DNA of 64,000 nucleotides, from assembly GCA_046542255.1 (NCBI GenBank), contig JBKHBT010000004.1:13442-77441 (forward strand), read 5' to 3'. The translations under genes and the position numbers were made by a program. Shown here in pieces: positions 1 through 9,356 of this stretch. The stretch is from Candidatus Zixiibacteriota bacterium (GTDB lineage: Bacteria; UBP14; UBA6098; JBKHBT01). Under the pieces are notes generated by a model, which ran no database searches, had not been told where the DNA came from, and was given only the letters and a program-made list of their open reading frames with translations. The number at the start of each line of letters is the position of its first letter. Position 1 is the first letter of the stretch.

Positions 1-1368
1 AATCATAAGATAAAGAATAAAAGCAGTTTTATCATAGAATATTTTATCAGAGTCAATAATCGTTGAGGACATAATCTTATGTGTCTCGAAAATATCTAAT
101 AGAAACTCGGCTTTCTTATCGTCCTGAAGATTCTGAATCAGTGATTTGATCGAGCTTTTTAGAAATGAATTGAAAAAAGCAATACGTTTGATGTAAGTAT
201 TCTGCTGTTTTCTAAGATTGGCCAATTCATTAGCCATCATATCGAAAGCTTCGCCAGAATGGTCCTCATAAGGCTTTTTGCCAATAATATTGCTGATACT
301 ATGAACAATTGTTTTTTTCTCTGTGGGGATGCTGATAGAATTGCAATTCTGTAAATTCTTCGATGAAATATCTGAGATATTTTTAAACTCCTTGTAATAT
401 TCCAATGCTTTTTCGAAGTCGCCTATATTCTCATAGAGATTAGATTGGCTAAGGAATAGCACACCCTTAAGATGACATAATTCTTCTCTTTTGATTGTTT
501 CCCAGGCAAGGTCGAGTTTTTCTTTTGCAATCTCAAATTCGCCTTTTTGAGTATTTACATTGGCAGTATTTATGAGCATAACTATTTTGCCCTCATTAGA
601 GTCGCTATCCAGACAAATCTCACCGGCTTTTTTTAGATATTTGAGAGCTTTATCGTAATTTCCCTGACATTTGTAAACAAGGCCGATATTATTAAGTGAA
701 GTTGCTGTTTTCTTATTGTCATCGATAGGTTTTATGACTTCTAAAGATTTATTGTAGTATTCGAGCGCTTCATGATAATGCTTCAGCTTTAGATGTATAT
801 TGCCAATATTATTCAAAATAGATGCGATTTGTTTTTTGTTCTGAATATTTTGGGCTAATTCCAGTCCGTAACGGTATTTGGAAATAGCATCATCCCACCT
901 CTCCAGTTTTTTATAAACATTGCCAATGTTAATCAACAATGAGATATATAATTCAGAATCATCCAATTTTTCGACTATTTCTATCGCAGTGGTGAAAAGT
1001 TCTAATGCATAATGATAATTTTGAACAGTGAATGCTAATTTTCCGCGAATCAATATAGTGCGAGCTTTTTCGACAGAAAGTTCCAAATCCTGGGCAGATT
1101 CCATAGCTTGATTAGAAAACTCGATAGCAATATTTATTCGTCCCTTTTGTAGAAAATCATTGGCAAGGACATTGAGGCTAAAGACTAACTTTTCGCCGTT
1201 TTCGGCCTTTTGCAACTTATCTATTGCGTAATGAGTCTGTTCTATGCTTCTATGGATATTAGTATCGAGATTGTAGGCAGTAAAAAGTTCTTCGATTGCC
1301 TTCTTGTCCGTAGAATGTGTAACTTCGCCAAATTCCTGACGTATTATGTCAATATCTTCTGGTTTCAT
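1..1368 (-). CDS. TPR-repeat protein, N-terminus complete at 1368, 3' end lies beyond window start
   Basis: Reverse-strand ATG at 1366-1368 translates as MKPEDIDIIRQEFGEV. Open frame continues to position 1 with no stop. Repeated Ala/Tyr/Leu-rich 34-aa-like units (IGNVYKKLERWDDAISKY, IGLVYKCQGNYDKALKYL). Absent from the ORF track because it has no in-window stop. Confidence 0.55.
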   Translation of the reverse strand, partial: MKPEDIDIIRQEFGEVTHSTDKKAIEELFTAYNLDTNIHRSIEQTHYAIDKLQKAENGEKLVFSLNVLANDFLQKGRINIAIEFSNQAMESAQDLELSVEKARTILIRGKLAFTVQNYHYALELFTTAIEIVEKLDDSELYISLLINIGNVYKKLERWDDAISKYRYGLELAQNIQNKKQIASILNNIGNIHLKLKHYHEALEYYNKSLEVIKPIDDNKKTATSLNNIGLVYKCQGNYDKALKYLKKAGEICLDSDSNEGKIVMLINTANVNTQKGEFEIAKEKLDLAWETIKREELCHLKGVLFLSQSNLYENIGDFEKALEYYKEFKNISDISSKNLQNCNSISIPTEKKTIVHSISNIIGKKPYEDHSGEAFDMMANELANLRKQQNTYIKRIAFFNSFLKSSIKSLIQNLQDDKKAEFLLDIFETHKIMSSTIIDSDKIFYDKTAFILYLMI

Positions 1369-1667
1369 TTTTCTTAAAGATTAACTCCTTAATGTTGCAT
1401 CGTTTTTATTATAAATATTAAACCCAAATTTCACAAGCATTTTTTAAGATTTAAATATTTTTAACTTGACTCAATAGAATAATTAATAAATACAAGGAAA
1501 CAATAAAAAAACCGAGAAGTGCATGATATAGAGTGATATAGCAAAGTTGTTTTTACGGTGAACGGAATAGCAAGATAATTAAGGAAATAATAAATTAATT
1601 TAGTTCATTTTATTAAGTCCAAAAAAGTCCATATTTATATGTATTTTATTGGATATTGGATAAAATC

Positions 1668-2912
1668 TTATTCAAAATGGTCATCGATATAGCCGATAGC
1701 TTCTTTGGTTTTAAGCTGTCTTGTGCTATTGCCTGTCCTGACATAGAATGCCTGATCCATCTTGTCGATGAATATTGGCTTGTCAGATGGGTTTACTCGA
1801 AGGCTGCAGACCTCTTTGCCAGACATCTCAACAAAGCTCACATCGATTCGGCTGACAAATTCAACGCCAATATATTTTGAAACAAGGCCAATAAGGAATA
1901 GCTCGAAACCATCGGCATCCTTTTTCTGCAATGATCCGAAATCTTTTTCCAGGCCGAGTACTTCGCCTTTATCGTTGACACCTATAAACAATATGCCGCC
2001 TTCGGAATTCAAGAATCCGGCTATTGTCTTGACGATGACTTTTTCGAGAGCCTTATTGGTTTTATTCTGATGATAATCCCATCTTGCACTCGATTTGAAT
2101 TCAAGATGTTGGCTTTCGGGCTTAAGGAGCAGCTTTTGGAGAGCTTTAAGCTCTTCCTCTTTATTTGATAGTGCGCGGCTTGTGATAAATGCTTTGATAT
2201 ATGATTGAAGATTTGCTGCCCGGAAAATGAAAGCCATCATACCAAAAATGAGATATTGCAAAATATGCCATGCTACATAAAACCTGCTATTGTTCATCTC
2301 TTCCCAGCGTATATTCATCATCCTAAAATCATTCATCGCCCAGGATGTACCAATCAGCTTTGTTATGCTTTCAAGCCAGGCAGTACCAAAGATTTGATTT
2401 ACAAAAAGCTCGAAACCAATAAAATACACCGCAGAACTAAATAATCCAGCCACCAATGCAAATACCGGACGATATGGCATGAAAATCAGCCCAAAGAAAA
2501 TACCGATCACATATAAAAAGCCATAGGCATTAAATTCAAGCCCAAAATTAGCAATATCTTTGGTAACCCCCCACCAAAGTACAAAAAAAACAGTAATACG
2601 AAGCAAAGCAAAATCCCATTTTGCATTGTCTTTTAGCTTATGAAGGCCGAAAATAATAATAAAAAAAACAAGAAGAATAAAAAGGCTCCTGACAAGCTGC
2701 AATGTACCAATATCAGAAAACAGGCTCAAAAGAAAAATAAACATCGAAAGAGTTATGATTATCGTAAAAACGATCAATAGCGAAGCTCCAGCCTGCTGAT
2801 GTATAACCTTCTGGAATTCGGGGTCGATTTTCTCGAGATTAGGGAAAAAGTAGTTCTTTATCCTATCTTTATCAAAATGCCTTGGTAATATTTTCGATCT
2901 TCCTTGCTCCAT
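1668..2912 (-). CDS. integral membrane protein with C-terminal AlbA_2 (Schlafen-like divergent-AAA / putative DNA-binding) domain
   Basis: 414-aa ORF. N-terminal ~240 aa contain ~6 hydrophobic helices. C-terminal ~170 aa (HLEFKSSARWDYHQNKTNKALEKVIVKTIAGFLNSEGGILFIGVNDKGEVLGLEKDF ... VRTGNSTRQL) match the AlbA_2/Schlafen-type domain pattern. Confidence 0.6.
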   Translation of the reverse strand: MEQGRSKILPRHFDKDRIKNYFFPNLEKIDPEFQKVIHQQAGASLLIVFTIIITLSMFIFLLSLFSDIGTLQLVRSLFILLVFFIIIFGLHKLKDNAKWDFALLRITVFFVLWWGVTKDIANFGLEFNAYGFLYVIGIFFGLIFMPYRPVFALVAGLFSSAVYFIGFELFVNQIFGTAWLESITKLIGTSWAMNDFRMMNIRWEEMNNSRFYVAWHILQYLIFGMMAFIFRAANLQSYIKAFITSRALSNKEEELKALQKLLLKPESQHLEFKSSARWDYHQNKTNKALEKVIVKTIAGFLNSEGGILFIGVNDKGEVLGLEKDFGSLQKKDADGFELFLIGLVSKYIGVEFVSRIDVSFVEMSGKEVCSLRVNPSDKPIFIDKMDQAFYVRTGNSTRQLKTKEAIGYIDDHFE

Positions 2913-2997
2913 AGCAATAAGATATTATATAACACTTTTTGAGGCAAGTATTTCTCTTTTAAAGCCATAAACATATATAATAGCTAATAAATATAAA

Positions 2998-3060
2998 GCA
3001 AAAGGCTTTACTGATGTTTTAGCCTGAAAATTATGACAATGCGGAACAGCGAAATGTCTT
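2998..3060. repeat. ~60-bp intergenic repeat, copy 1 (inverted relative to copy 2 at 22413..22476)
   Basis: GCAAAAGGCTTTACTGATGTTTTAGCCTGAAAATTATGACAATGCGGAACAGCGAAATGTC. Reverse complement of 22413..22476 matches at about 57 of 63 positions by manual alignment. Contains hairpin-forming segments and sits just 3' of the stop of the minus-strand gene 3079..4203. Confidence 0.55.
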
Positions 3061-3078
3061 TTTTCATCATTATTAAAA

Positions 3079-4203
3079 CTATAAACCAGATTCTGAATCA
3101 ACATATTTGAAGTATTCGCGACCCTCTATAAATAATACAATAATCAATAAAATCGATATCGGGATAATCCGATACACAAAAAGCCCATACAAGGAATAGC
3201 GCATTGTAGCTAAAAGGCCAACAATATAGAATCCAAATCTCAAGTATATGTTCTTGACCTTTGATGGATAATATGAAAGAGCGGTAAAAAATGGAAGGAT
3301 ACTTACTGCCCAAAGAAGTGGAGTTGCGATGAGAAATAGTCCGCTAATTAGCGCCCAGCCATTTTTAAGTCCGATATTTTTACGATAGTAAATCATAAAA
3401 ATCAAAAATACTATTGGAATCAATATCCACAAGCTTTGGTATGAAGGTACCGTCATTTCGAAGAGTTTCCTTATTCCAGTATCACCTGTGGAATGAGAAC
3501 TGATAGCAAAAAAGTTACCAAGATAAATTTCCCAGAGCCTAAAACCACTAATTAATATTGTAATCAATATTAATACGATAGAAGACAAAATGGTAAGAAA
3601 AATATCTTTATAGCGTTTATCAAAAAATAGAATCAGAAGAGATGCTGCTGGAATCAGTTTTATCAATATAGAAATCGATAGCAATATCGAAGGAAGTATG
3701 CTTTTTCTGTCCATGAACATCTTAAGAGATACAACCCATAATGAAAAAACGATGATGTTTGATTGTCCCAACGTAAGATTACGTGTTGTGGAGCTTGAAA
3801 GAACTGCTGCGATAAAAATAAAAAGCAGTTTATATGGCTTATTCTTATCATGGTAGATTATCTTGAGATATCGGAAAAAAAGAAAGAGAAATGGAATCAA
3901 AATCACGAAGTAAATCCAATATGCCTTATGTGTTTCAAGCTGCGAGAGTGGGATAAGCATCGTGGCGAAAAATGGCGGATAAAGATATGGATATGCATAT
4001 AAACCGTCCTCTTCTGCCCTCTGATTAAGCTTTTCGGGATCGTAGATGTCCTTTCCATCGCCTTCGGAAATCATCCTGGCAGCATAATGGAAAGAATTGT
4101 AATCGGCATTCCCCTGATCGGAGATAAAAACCAATAAAAGGATAAAAACTATAATAATCAGCTCAAAATACCGATAAAAGAATGTCTTCGCTTTTTCGAC
4201 CAT
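3079..4203 (-). CDS. polytopic membrane protein, GT-C-like glycosyltransferase candidate (DUF2029/GT87-like)
   Basis: 374 aa with more than 10 predicted TM helices. First periplasmic loop carries an acidic/aromatic motif (NADYNSFHYAARMISEGDGKDIYDP) resembling GT-C / DUF2029 mannosyltransferase-like proteins. No soluble domains. Confidence 0.4.
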   Translation of the reverse strand: MVEKAKTFFYRYFELIIIVFILLLVFISDQGNADYNSFHYAARMISEGDGKDIYDPEKLNQRAEEDGLYAYPYLYPPFFATMLIPLSQLETHKAYWIYFVILIPFLFLFFRYLKIIYHDKNKPYKLLFIFIAAVLSSSTTRNLTLGQSNIIVFSLWVVSLKMFMDRKSILPSILLSISILIKLIPAASLLILFFDKRYKDIFLTILSSIVLILITILISGFRLWEIYLGNFFAISSHSTGDTGIRKLFEMTVPSYQSLWILIPIVFLIFMIYYRKNIGLKNGWALISGLFLIATPLLWAVSILPFFTALSYYPSKVKNIYLRFGFYIVGLLATMRYSLYGLFVYRIIPISILLIIVLFIEGREYFKYVDSESGL

Positions 4204-4371
4204 AATTTTTATACCAATTTAATATATATCATTTTTTGTCGATAGAAAATATTAATTATTGCATAAAATGCAAAAGGGAATATTATATATGTTTTTATTG
4301 ACTATGAGTCATAAAATGCTTAATTTGTAATGATATATTTGATTGGAAATTGATAACACGAGGTATAGGAA

Positions 4372-4608
4372 ATGAAAAAAGGAATTCATCCAAAGTATTA
4401 TCAGGCCAAAGTTACATGCACATGCGGTGCAGAATGGACAGTCGGCTCGACCAAAAAAGAAATTCGACTCGATGTCTGCTCATCCTGCCATCCTTTCTTT
4501 ACTGGAAAACAGAAAGTAATGGATACCGAGGGTAGAGTGGAGAGATTCCGCAGGCGTTATGGCATTAAGGATAAGACATCCGAGGCCCTGGAAAAGAATA
4601 AAAAGTAA
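4372..4608 (+). CDS. rpmE: 50S ribosomal protein L31
   Basis: MKKGIHPKYYQAKVTCTCGAEWTVGSTKKEIRLDVCSSCHPFFTGKQK: canonical L31 with a CxC...CxxC zinc ribbon. Confidence 0.95.
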   Translation: MKKGIHPKYYQAKVTCTCGAEWTVGSTKKEIRLDVCSSCHPFFTGKQKVMDTEGRVERFRRRYGIKDKTSEALEKNKK

Positions 4609-4628
4609 TATATTAAGGTATCGCAAAT

Positions 4629-5333
4629 ATGCGCGTAAGCCTGATCAATTATACTCCAAAACCCATCGAGACTGTTTATACAGCAGCACGCACTTGTTAT
4701 AGTAAAAAAACAGCTTCGCAAATATGGGCCAAAAGAGTAACCAGCTTCGAAATGGGCAAATTGCTCGATAGGACTATCGAGTCAGGCCATCATTCGATTT
4801 TGGAGCATATCTCCTTTACATTTGCAATAGAAGGCGTCTCACGAGCAGCCAGCCATCAATTGGTTAGGCACCGTTTGGCCTCTTTTTCTCAGCAAAGCCA
4901 GAGGTATGCAGAACTGGATGATCAGGGCTATATTACACCGAATTCAATAAAATATAGCACCGATGCCAAAATGATTTTCGAAGAGGCCATGGCATCTTGC
5001 AAGCAGGCTTATGAAAAACTTCGAAAAAAAGGCATACCCAAAGAAGATGCCAGGTTTATTATGCCTAATGCTACGAGTACTAATCTGGTTATGACCATGA
5101 ATTTCCGGGAGCTTTGGCATGTTTCCGGTATCAGGCTTTGCAAAAGAGCACAATGGGAAATACGCGAGCTTTTTATAAAGATAAAATCTGAGCTACATAG
5201 TGTTCCGGAGCTTACAGGGTTTGCAGATTACCTTGGGCCAAGGTGCGAAACGCTGGGATACTGCCCGGAATTTCAAAGCTGTGGACTCTATCCCACGCGT
5301 CGGGAAGCTCTCAAAAACGATAAGGAATATTAA
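4629..5333 (+). CDS. thyX: FAD-dependent thymidylate synthase ThyX
   Basis: ThyX signature RHRLASFSQQSQRY (RHRxxxxxxxS motif), HHSILEH motif, ~230 aa. Confidence 0.9.
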   Translation: MRVSLINYTPKPIETVYTAARTCYSKKTASQIWAKRVTSFEMGKLLDRTIESGHHSILEHISFTFAIEGVSRAASHQLVRHRLASFSQQSQRYAELDDQGYITPNSIKYSTDAKMIFEEAMASCKQAYEKLRKKGIPKEDARFIMPNATSTNLVMTMNFRELWHVSGIRLCKRAQWEIRELFIKIKSELHSVPELTGFADYLGPRCETLGYCPEFQSCGLYPTRREALKNDKEY

Positions 5334-6157
5334 TGAATTATTTTGAAAAACTTTCAACAATACAAAAGAAGAACAATTCCTTGCTCTGTATCGGCCTCGA
5401 CCCTGACCCGGAGAAAATGCCATCGTTTTTGAAGCTCTCGCCAGATGTTATTTTTAGCTTTAATAAGGCAATTATCGATGCTACACATGATCTTGTTTGT
5501 GCATATAAGCCCAATATCGGCTTCTATATGGCCGGCGGAGTGCCTGCTCTGAAATCGCTCAAAAGGACAATCGAATACATTCCAGAGGATACTCCAGTGA
5601 TCTTAGATTGCAAAGTTGGAGATGTCAAACATACAGCGGAGTCTTATGCAAAGGGCGTTTTGGATGAATTTGGCGCAGACGCTATCACTATTACTCCATA
5701 TATTGGCTTTGAAAGCCTCGAACCATTTTTCGCCTATGAAGACAGAGGCATCTATATTTTGGTTCTAACTTCTAATCCCGGATATCTTCAGTTTCAGAAT
5801 TTGGAAGTCGATAATTCAAGGCTCTTTCTTAAGGTGGCTTCAGAGATTCGTAAAAGTGAATATAAGAATCTTGGTATGGTTGTTGGAGCGACTCATCCCG
5901 AGGAGGCAGAAGCCGTCCGAAAGGCTGCTCCTGAGACTCCTTTCCTGATTCCTGGAATCGGCGCGCAGGGTGGCGACCTAAAAAGAGCTGTCCAGATAGG
6001 TACTACAAGCGATGGAAAGCCGCCTCTTATGGTTTCCGGACGATCAATAATTTATTCATCCAGGGGCAGAGATTTCGCCGAAGCTGCCCGTCAAAAAGCA
6101 ATCGAAACAAAAACATTCATAAATAAATCCAGAGCAGTAGAGAATAATAATATATAA
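5333..6157 (+). CDS. pyrF: orotidine 5'-phosphate decarboxylase (long, type 2 PyrF)
   Basis: LCIGLDPDPEKMP ... ILDCKVGDVKHT ... LIPGIGAQGGDL are motifs of the type-2 OMP decarboxylase. Start overlaps the thyX stop (TAATG). Confidence 0.9.
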   Translation: MNYFEKLSTIQKKNNSLLCIGLDPDPEKMPSFLKLSPDVIFSFNKAIIDATHDLVCAYKPNIGFYMAGGVPALKSLKRTIEYIPEDTPVILDCKVGDVKHTAESYAKGVLDEFGADAITITPYIGFESLEPFFAYEDRGIYILVLTSNPGYLQFQNLEVDNSRLFLKVASEIRKSEYKNLGMVVGATHPEEAEAVRKAAPETPFLIPGIGAQGGDLKRAVQIGTTSDGKPPLMVSGRSIIYSSRGRDFAEAARQKAIETKTFINKSRAVENNNI

Positions 6158-6209
6158 TTTATATACTAACGATAGTTAGATAATTTAATTTCCAAAACAA
6201 AAGGATGTC

Positions 6210-6776
6210 ATGGATTTATTAGATGAGTTAAAGCGTACAAAAGCATTATTAGAGGGACACTTTGTCCTTTCATCCGGACTTCATAGCGATAGCTATGTCC
6301 AATGCGCAAAGCTGCTTCAATACCCTGTACTAGCTGCAGAAGCAGGGCGCGATATCGGCAAAAAGATCAAAAAATTCTTGCCAACAAAAATCGTTTCACC
6401 GGCAATAGGCGGAATAGTAATCGGGCAGGAAGTTGCAAGGGCGCTTGGATTGCCACATATTTTCATAGAAAAAAAAGATAATGTTCCGCAACTTAGGCGC
6501 GGCTTCGAAATTACCGATAAAGATAATGTGATAATTGTCGAAGATGTCGTAACAACTGGCCTATCGGTTAAAGAAACACGGAAAGTTGTCGAGGAGCATG
6601 GCGGCAATGTTCGAGCAATCAGTTCATTGATAAATAGAAGCGGCAAAGAAAATCCCTTCGATATACCTTATATATCGCTACTGGATTTAAAGTTCGAGGT
6701 ATATAAACCCCGCGATTGCCCATTGTGCGAAGAAGGCATTAAAGCCGTAAAGCCGGGAAGCCGAAAAGATAAATAG
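6210..6776 (+). CDS. pyrE: orotate phosphoribosyltransferase
   Basis: LLEGHFVLSSGLHSDSYVQCAKLLQYP and the PRPP-binding motif IIVEDVVTTGLS. Confidence 0.9.
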   Translation: MDLLDELKRTKALLEGHFVLSSGLHSDSYVQCAKLLQYPVLAAEAGRDIGKKIKKFLPTKIVSPAIGGIVIGQEVARALGLPHIFIEKKDNVPQLRRGFEITDKDNVIIVEDVVTTGLSVKETRKVVEEHGGNVRAISSLINRSGKENPFDIPYISLLDLKFEVYKPRDCPLCEEGIKAVKPGSRKDK

Positions 6777-6918
6777 CGAAATATAAAATACTAAGCATAG
6801 TATGAAGTTTTGTCAAACATAGCTTAGATTGCTGTAAGTAATTAATATATTAGGTATTTACGATAAGCTATAGGATGCATTAGGAAATTAAAAGTTAAAA
6901 ATTTATATAAAAAAAAGA

Positions 6919-6946
6919 CCTGGTTCGCTTGACATTCGCCTTAAAA
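6919..6946 (+). promoter_or_regulatory. sigma70-like promoter upstream of the minor-pilin operon
   Basis: TTGACA (6919-6924), 16-nt spacer, TATACT (6941-6946), about 40 nt upstream of the pilin start codon at 6985. Confidence 0.4.
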
Positions 6947-6984
6947 ATACTATACTGTAAGTAGGGTGTAGAATGGAGACAATA

Positions 6985-7503
6985 ATGAATAAACAAAAAT
7001 ATGGTATGACAATTTTAGAAATCATGACCGTCATTGTCATTGCTGGAATAATTTTTTCTATCGGTTATTTTATAATGGCAAAAAGCGGCGCTGATTTTAG
7101 ATTGAAATCCGGTTCTCGCTCACTTCGGCATGATATCGCGCTTGCCAGGCAATATGCAAAAGAAAGAGGTAGCAATTATGGTATAGCTTTTGATGATGGA
7201 AGCTGGTATGTTTTCACTATCGCTGAAAACGGCGACACCATAATTGAATCTGATTTTGAAATGCCACATGATATACAAATTGGAACAACAAATGATGTCA
7301 ATCAAAAAGTCTCCGGCACTGGCACTTTGCCGGCCGATGGAATCGATTTTCCATCAGATAGAATTGTATTTATGCAAAGAGCCGCGGTGCCAGGTGTGAT
7401 TTATTTGAACAATGGCGAAGACAACAAAGCAGTAGAGGTTAATGTACTGGGCAATACGAGAATTTACACATGGAGAGAGAACTCATGGAACCAGGAAGAC
7501 TAA
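6985..7503 (+). CDS. type IV pilus minor pilin / pseudopilin (FimT/GspH-like), prepilin-type N-terminal domain
   Basis: Leader MNKQKYG then mature MTILEIMTVIVIAGIIF with Glu at +5 (class III signal). RBS GGAGA sits 5 nt upstream of the ATG at 6985. The track ORF begins at 6973, but the upstream in-frame ATG lacks an RBS. Confidence 0.7.
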   Translation: MNKQKYGMTILEIMTVIVIAGIIFSIGYFIMAKSGADFRLKSGSRSLRHDIALARQYAKERGSNYGIAFDDGSWYVFTIAENGDTIIESDFEMPHDIQIGTTNDVNQKVSGTGTLPADGIDFPSDRIVFMQRAAVPGVIYLNNGEDNKAVEVNVLGNTRIYTWRENSWNQED

Positions 7504-7919
7504 GACAAAAGGATGGCTTTACGATTGCCGAGGTGATGATTGCTTTCATTATTCTTGCCATCGGATTCACATCTATGCTTTATCTTTCGCTTTTTGCGAT
7601 AAAGGCCAATATGGAAGGCCAGAGGCTGGGAAGCGCAAGATTTATTGCAGAACAAAGGGCTGAAAATCTGCGCTCGCTCGATTATAGGCATCCGATGCTC
7701 ATCGATGATGGCGATAGCCTCGACCTCGATGATACTGTAACCCCTGATTTCCAAGACTCTTTATCAAGAGATGGAATCGATTATGATATTATGTGGAATA
7801 TCGCAGAAAACATTCCAGAAAACGGCATTAAGACAATAAAAATATTTGTCCTATGGAATGAACAACAGGGACCAAAGGAATTCGAATTTACGACATTTAA
7901 AGGATCGGCGAGCAGATGA
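7485..7919 (+). CDS. type IV minor pilin (PilV-like), prepilin-type N-terminal domain
   Basis: MEPGRLRQKDG then FTIAEVMIAFIILAIGF with Glu at +5. RBS GGAGAGAGA lies upstream of the ATG at 7485. Overlaps the end of the upstream gene (translational coupling). Alternative start at 7470. Confidence 0.65.
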   Translation: MEPGRLRQKDGFTIAEVMIAFIILAIGFTSMLYLSLFAIKANMEGQRLGSARFIAEQRAENLRSLDYRHPMLIDDGDSLDLDDTVTPDFQDSLSRDGIDYDIMWNIAENIPENGIKTIKIFVLWNEQQGPKEFEFTTFKGSASR

Positions 7920-8836
7920 AAAGGGAAAATGGTATAACGATAGTCGAACTATTAGTCTCCATGCTAGTTATTGGCATCTTGCTCTCGCTTGCTACATATA
8001 TCTTCGTCAATTTTATTTCGACAAGTTTCAGCCAGGAAAGACAAACATCGGCGCAAAGTAATGTCCAGTCTGTAATGCAACAGATTAAATGGGATATACT
8101 GATGACCGGCTACTCGGTCTCCGCAGACCAGATAGCAATCGAAGCTGGCAATGGCACAGGGCCTAATAATTCCGATGTATTAACTTTGAAATCTCTATGG
8201 TTTGGAGTCGATGAGGGTGGGCATTGGACTTATGTCCTTGACCCTGTCTCCAATAATACAACTGTCAATGTACGTAAATGGAATGACCCGGACCTCGATA
8301 TCCAGGCCGGCGATGAAATAATTTTTATGACTTCGACAAAAAGGAAACTCGATAATCAAACTTTTGAGGTAGTGAGCAGGGATACTTTTACTCATGTAAG
8401 TGGTGTTTCAGGATTTAAACTCACTTTGAACAATCCAATAAGCACTTCTATGAATTTTCTGTTCAATGTAAATAGCACTGGGACAGATGAACTTCAAGAA
8501 GTTGTCTATCGATTGCAGGATAATGTTCTATTAAGAGACTCGATTCCTCTTATGGACGATGTTACAGATTTCCAGGTAGCATATTGGGTCGATCAGAATG
8601 ACAATCAGATACAGGAGAGTACTGAATGGCATGATGATCTATCAGTTGTGGAAGCGAATCCCAACCTTAGGGACAATATCAGATTAATTCGATTGAATTT
8701 ACTTGTCTCATCCAGAGGTGAGTCAAATTACCACAAAGAAGAGACATTCACATTAGAAGACAATACGATAACGCCAAACCCAAATATGAAACACAAACCG
8801 TGGATGCAATTTGCCAATCCAAGGAATTTAAAATGA
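7916..8836 (+). CDS. type IV minor pilin (PilW-like), prepilin-type N-terminal domain
   Basis: MKRENG then ITIVELLVSMLVIGILLS with Glu at +5. ATGA overlap with the upstream stop. 306 aa, typical PilW size. Confidence 0.65.
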   Translation: MKRENGITIVELLVSMLVIGILLSLATYIFVNFISTSFSQERQTSAQSNVQSVMQQIKWDILMTGYSVSADQIAIEAGNGTGPNNSDVLTLKSLWFGVDEGGHWTYVLDPVSNNTTVNVRKWNDPDLDIQAGDEIIFMTSTKRKLDNQTFEVVSRDTFTHVSGVSGFKLTLNNPISTSMNFLFNVNSTGTDELQEVVYRLQDNVLLRDSIPLMDDVTDFQVAYWVDQNDNQIQESTEWHDDLSVVEANPNLRDNIRLIRLNLLVSSRGESNYHKEETFTLEDNTITPNPNMKHKPWMQFANPRNLK

Positions 8837-9330
8837 GTATAATGAAAAATTTTAGAAAATACATAAGTAATATGCGACATAATAAGGACGGCATTGCCTT
8901 GATTACTGCTATTTTATTTTTAGTATTTATGGTTCTGATAGCTGCCCTTGTTATTTTTGCTGTTACTCGAGGAATTAAAATCTCCGGTTCGACAAGAAGA
9001 GAATTCAGTGCTTTCGAGGCTGCTGAATCAGGTATCGAATGGGGCATGGTCAAGGTCGAGGATATCGCGCGAACTGGTGCCGCACTTGCCAGTGATACAC
9101 TCGATATAGACCAGAAAGATGTCAGCGTGCAGATCAATTATATGTTTGCTTCACCTGTTTCAGGCAGCAATATTGCCTATGGCGCTGGATACGATGGCAT
9201 CGGAAAAGGCCTTAGCGCTGGCGGTGCGCTTATTTCTTACAGAATCATGTCGGATGCAAGAGGCGCAAGCAGAGAGAATGTCGCAGTAGAGATCGCATAC
9301 AGGAAAATTGTTGGTATAGATGCAAGATAA
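8833..9330 (+). CDS. PilX-like minor pilin (PilX N-terminal domain)
   Basis: MSIMKNFRKYISNMRHNKDGIALITAILFLVFMVLIAALVIFAV resembles the PilX_N hydrophobic segment. ATGA overlap with the upstream gene. Sits directly upstream of pilY1, as in characterised fimU-pilVWXY1 operons. Confidence 0.6.
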   Translation: MSIMKNFRKYISNMRHNKDGIALITAILFLVFMVLIAALVIFAVTRGIKISGSTRREFSAFEAAESGIEWGMVKVEDIARTGAALASDTLDIDQKDVSVQINYMFASPVSGSNIAYGAGYDGIGKGLSAGGALISYRIMSDARGASRENVAVEIAYRKIVGIDAR

Positions 9331-9356
9331 TATTTGACAAGTTTTTGGAGGATTCA

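Noticed and set aside
6777-6984. Sigma-54 promoter upstream of the minor-pilin operon (given the nearby NtrC-type regulator)
   Set aside because: TGGTTCGCTTGAC has the GG but no correctly spaced GC (-12) element. A well-spaced sigma70 TTGACA-N16-TATACT is present instead.
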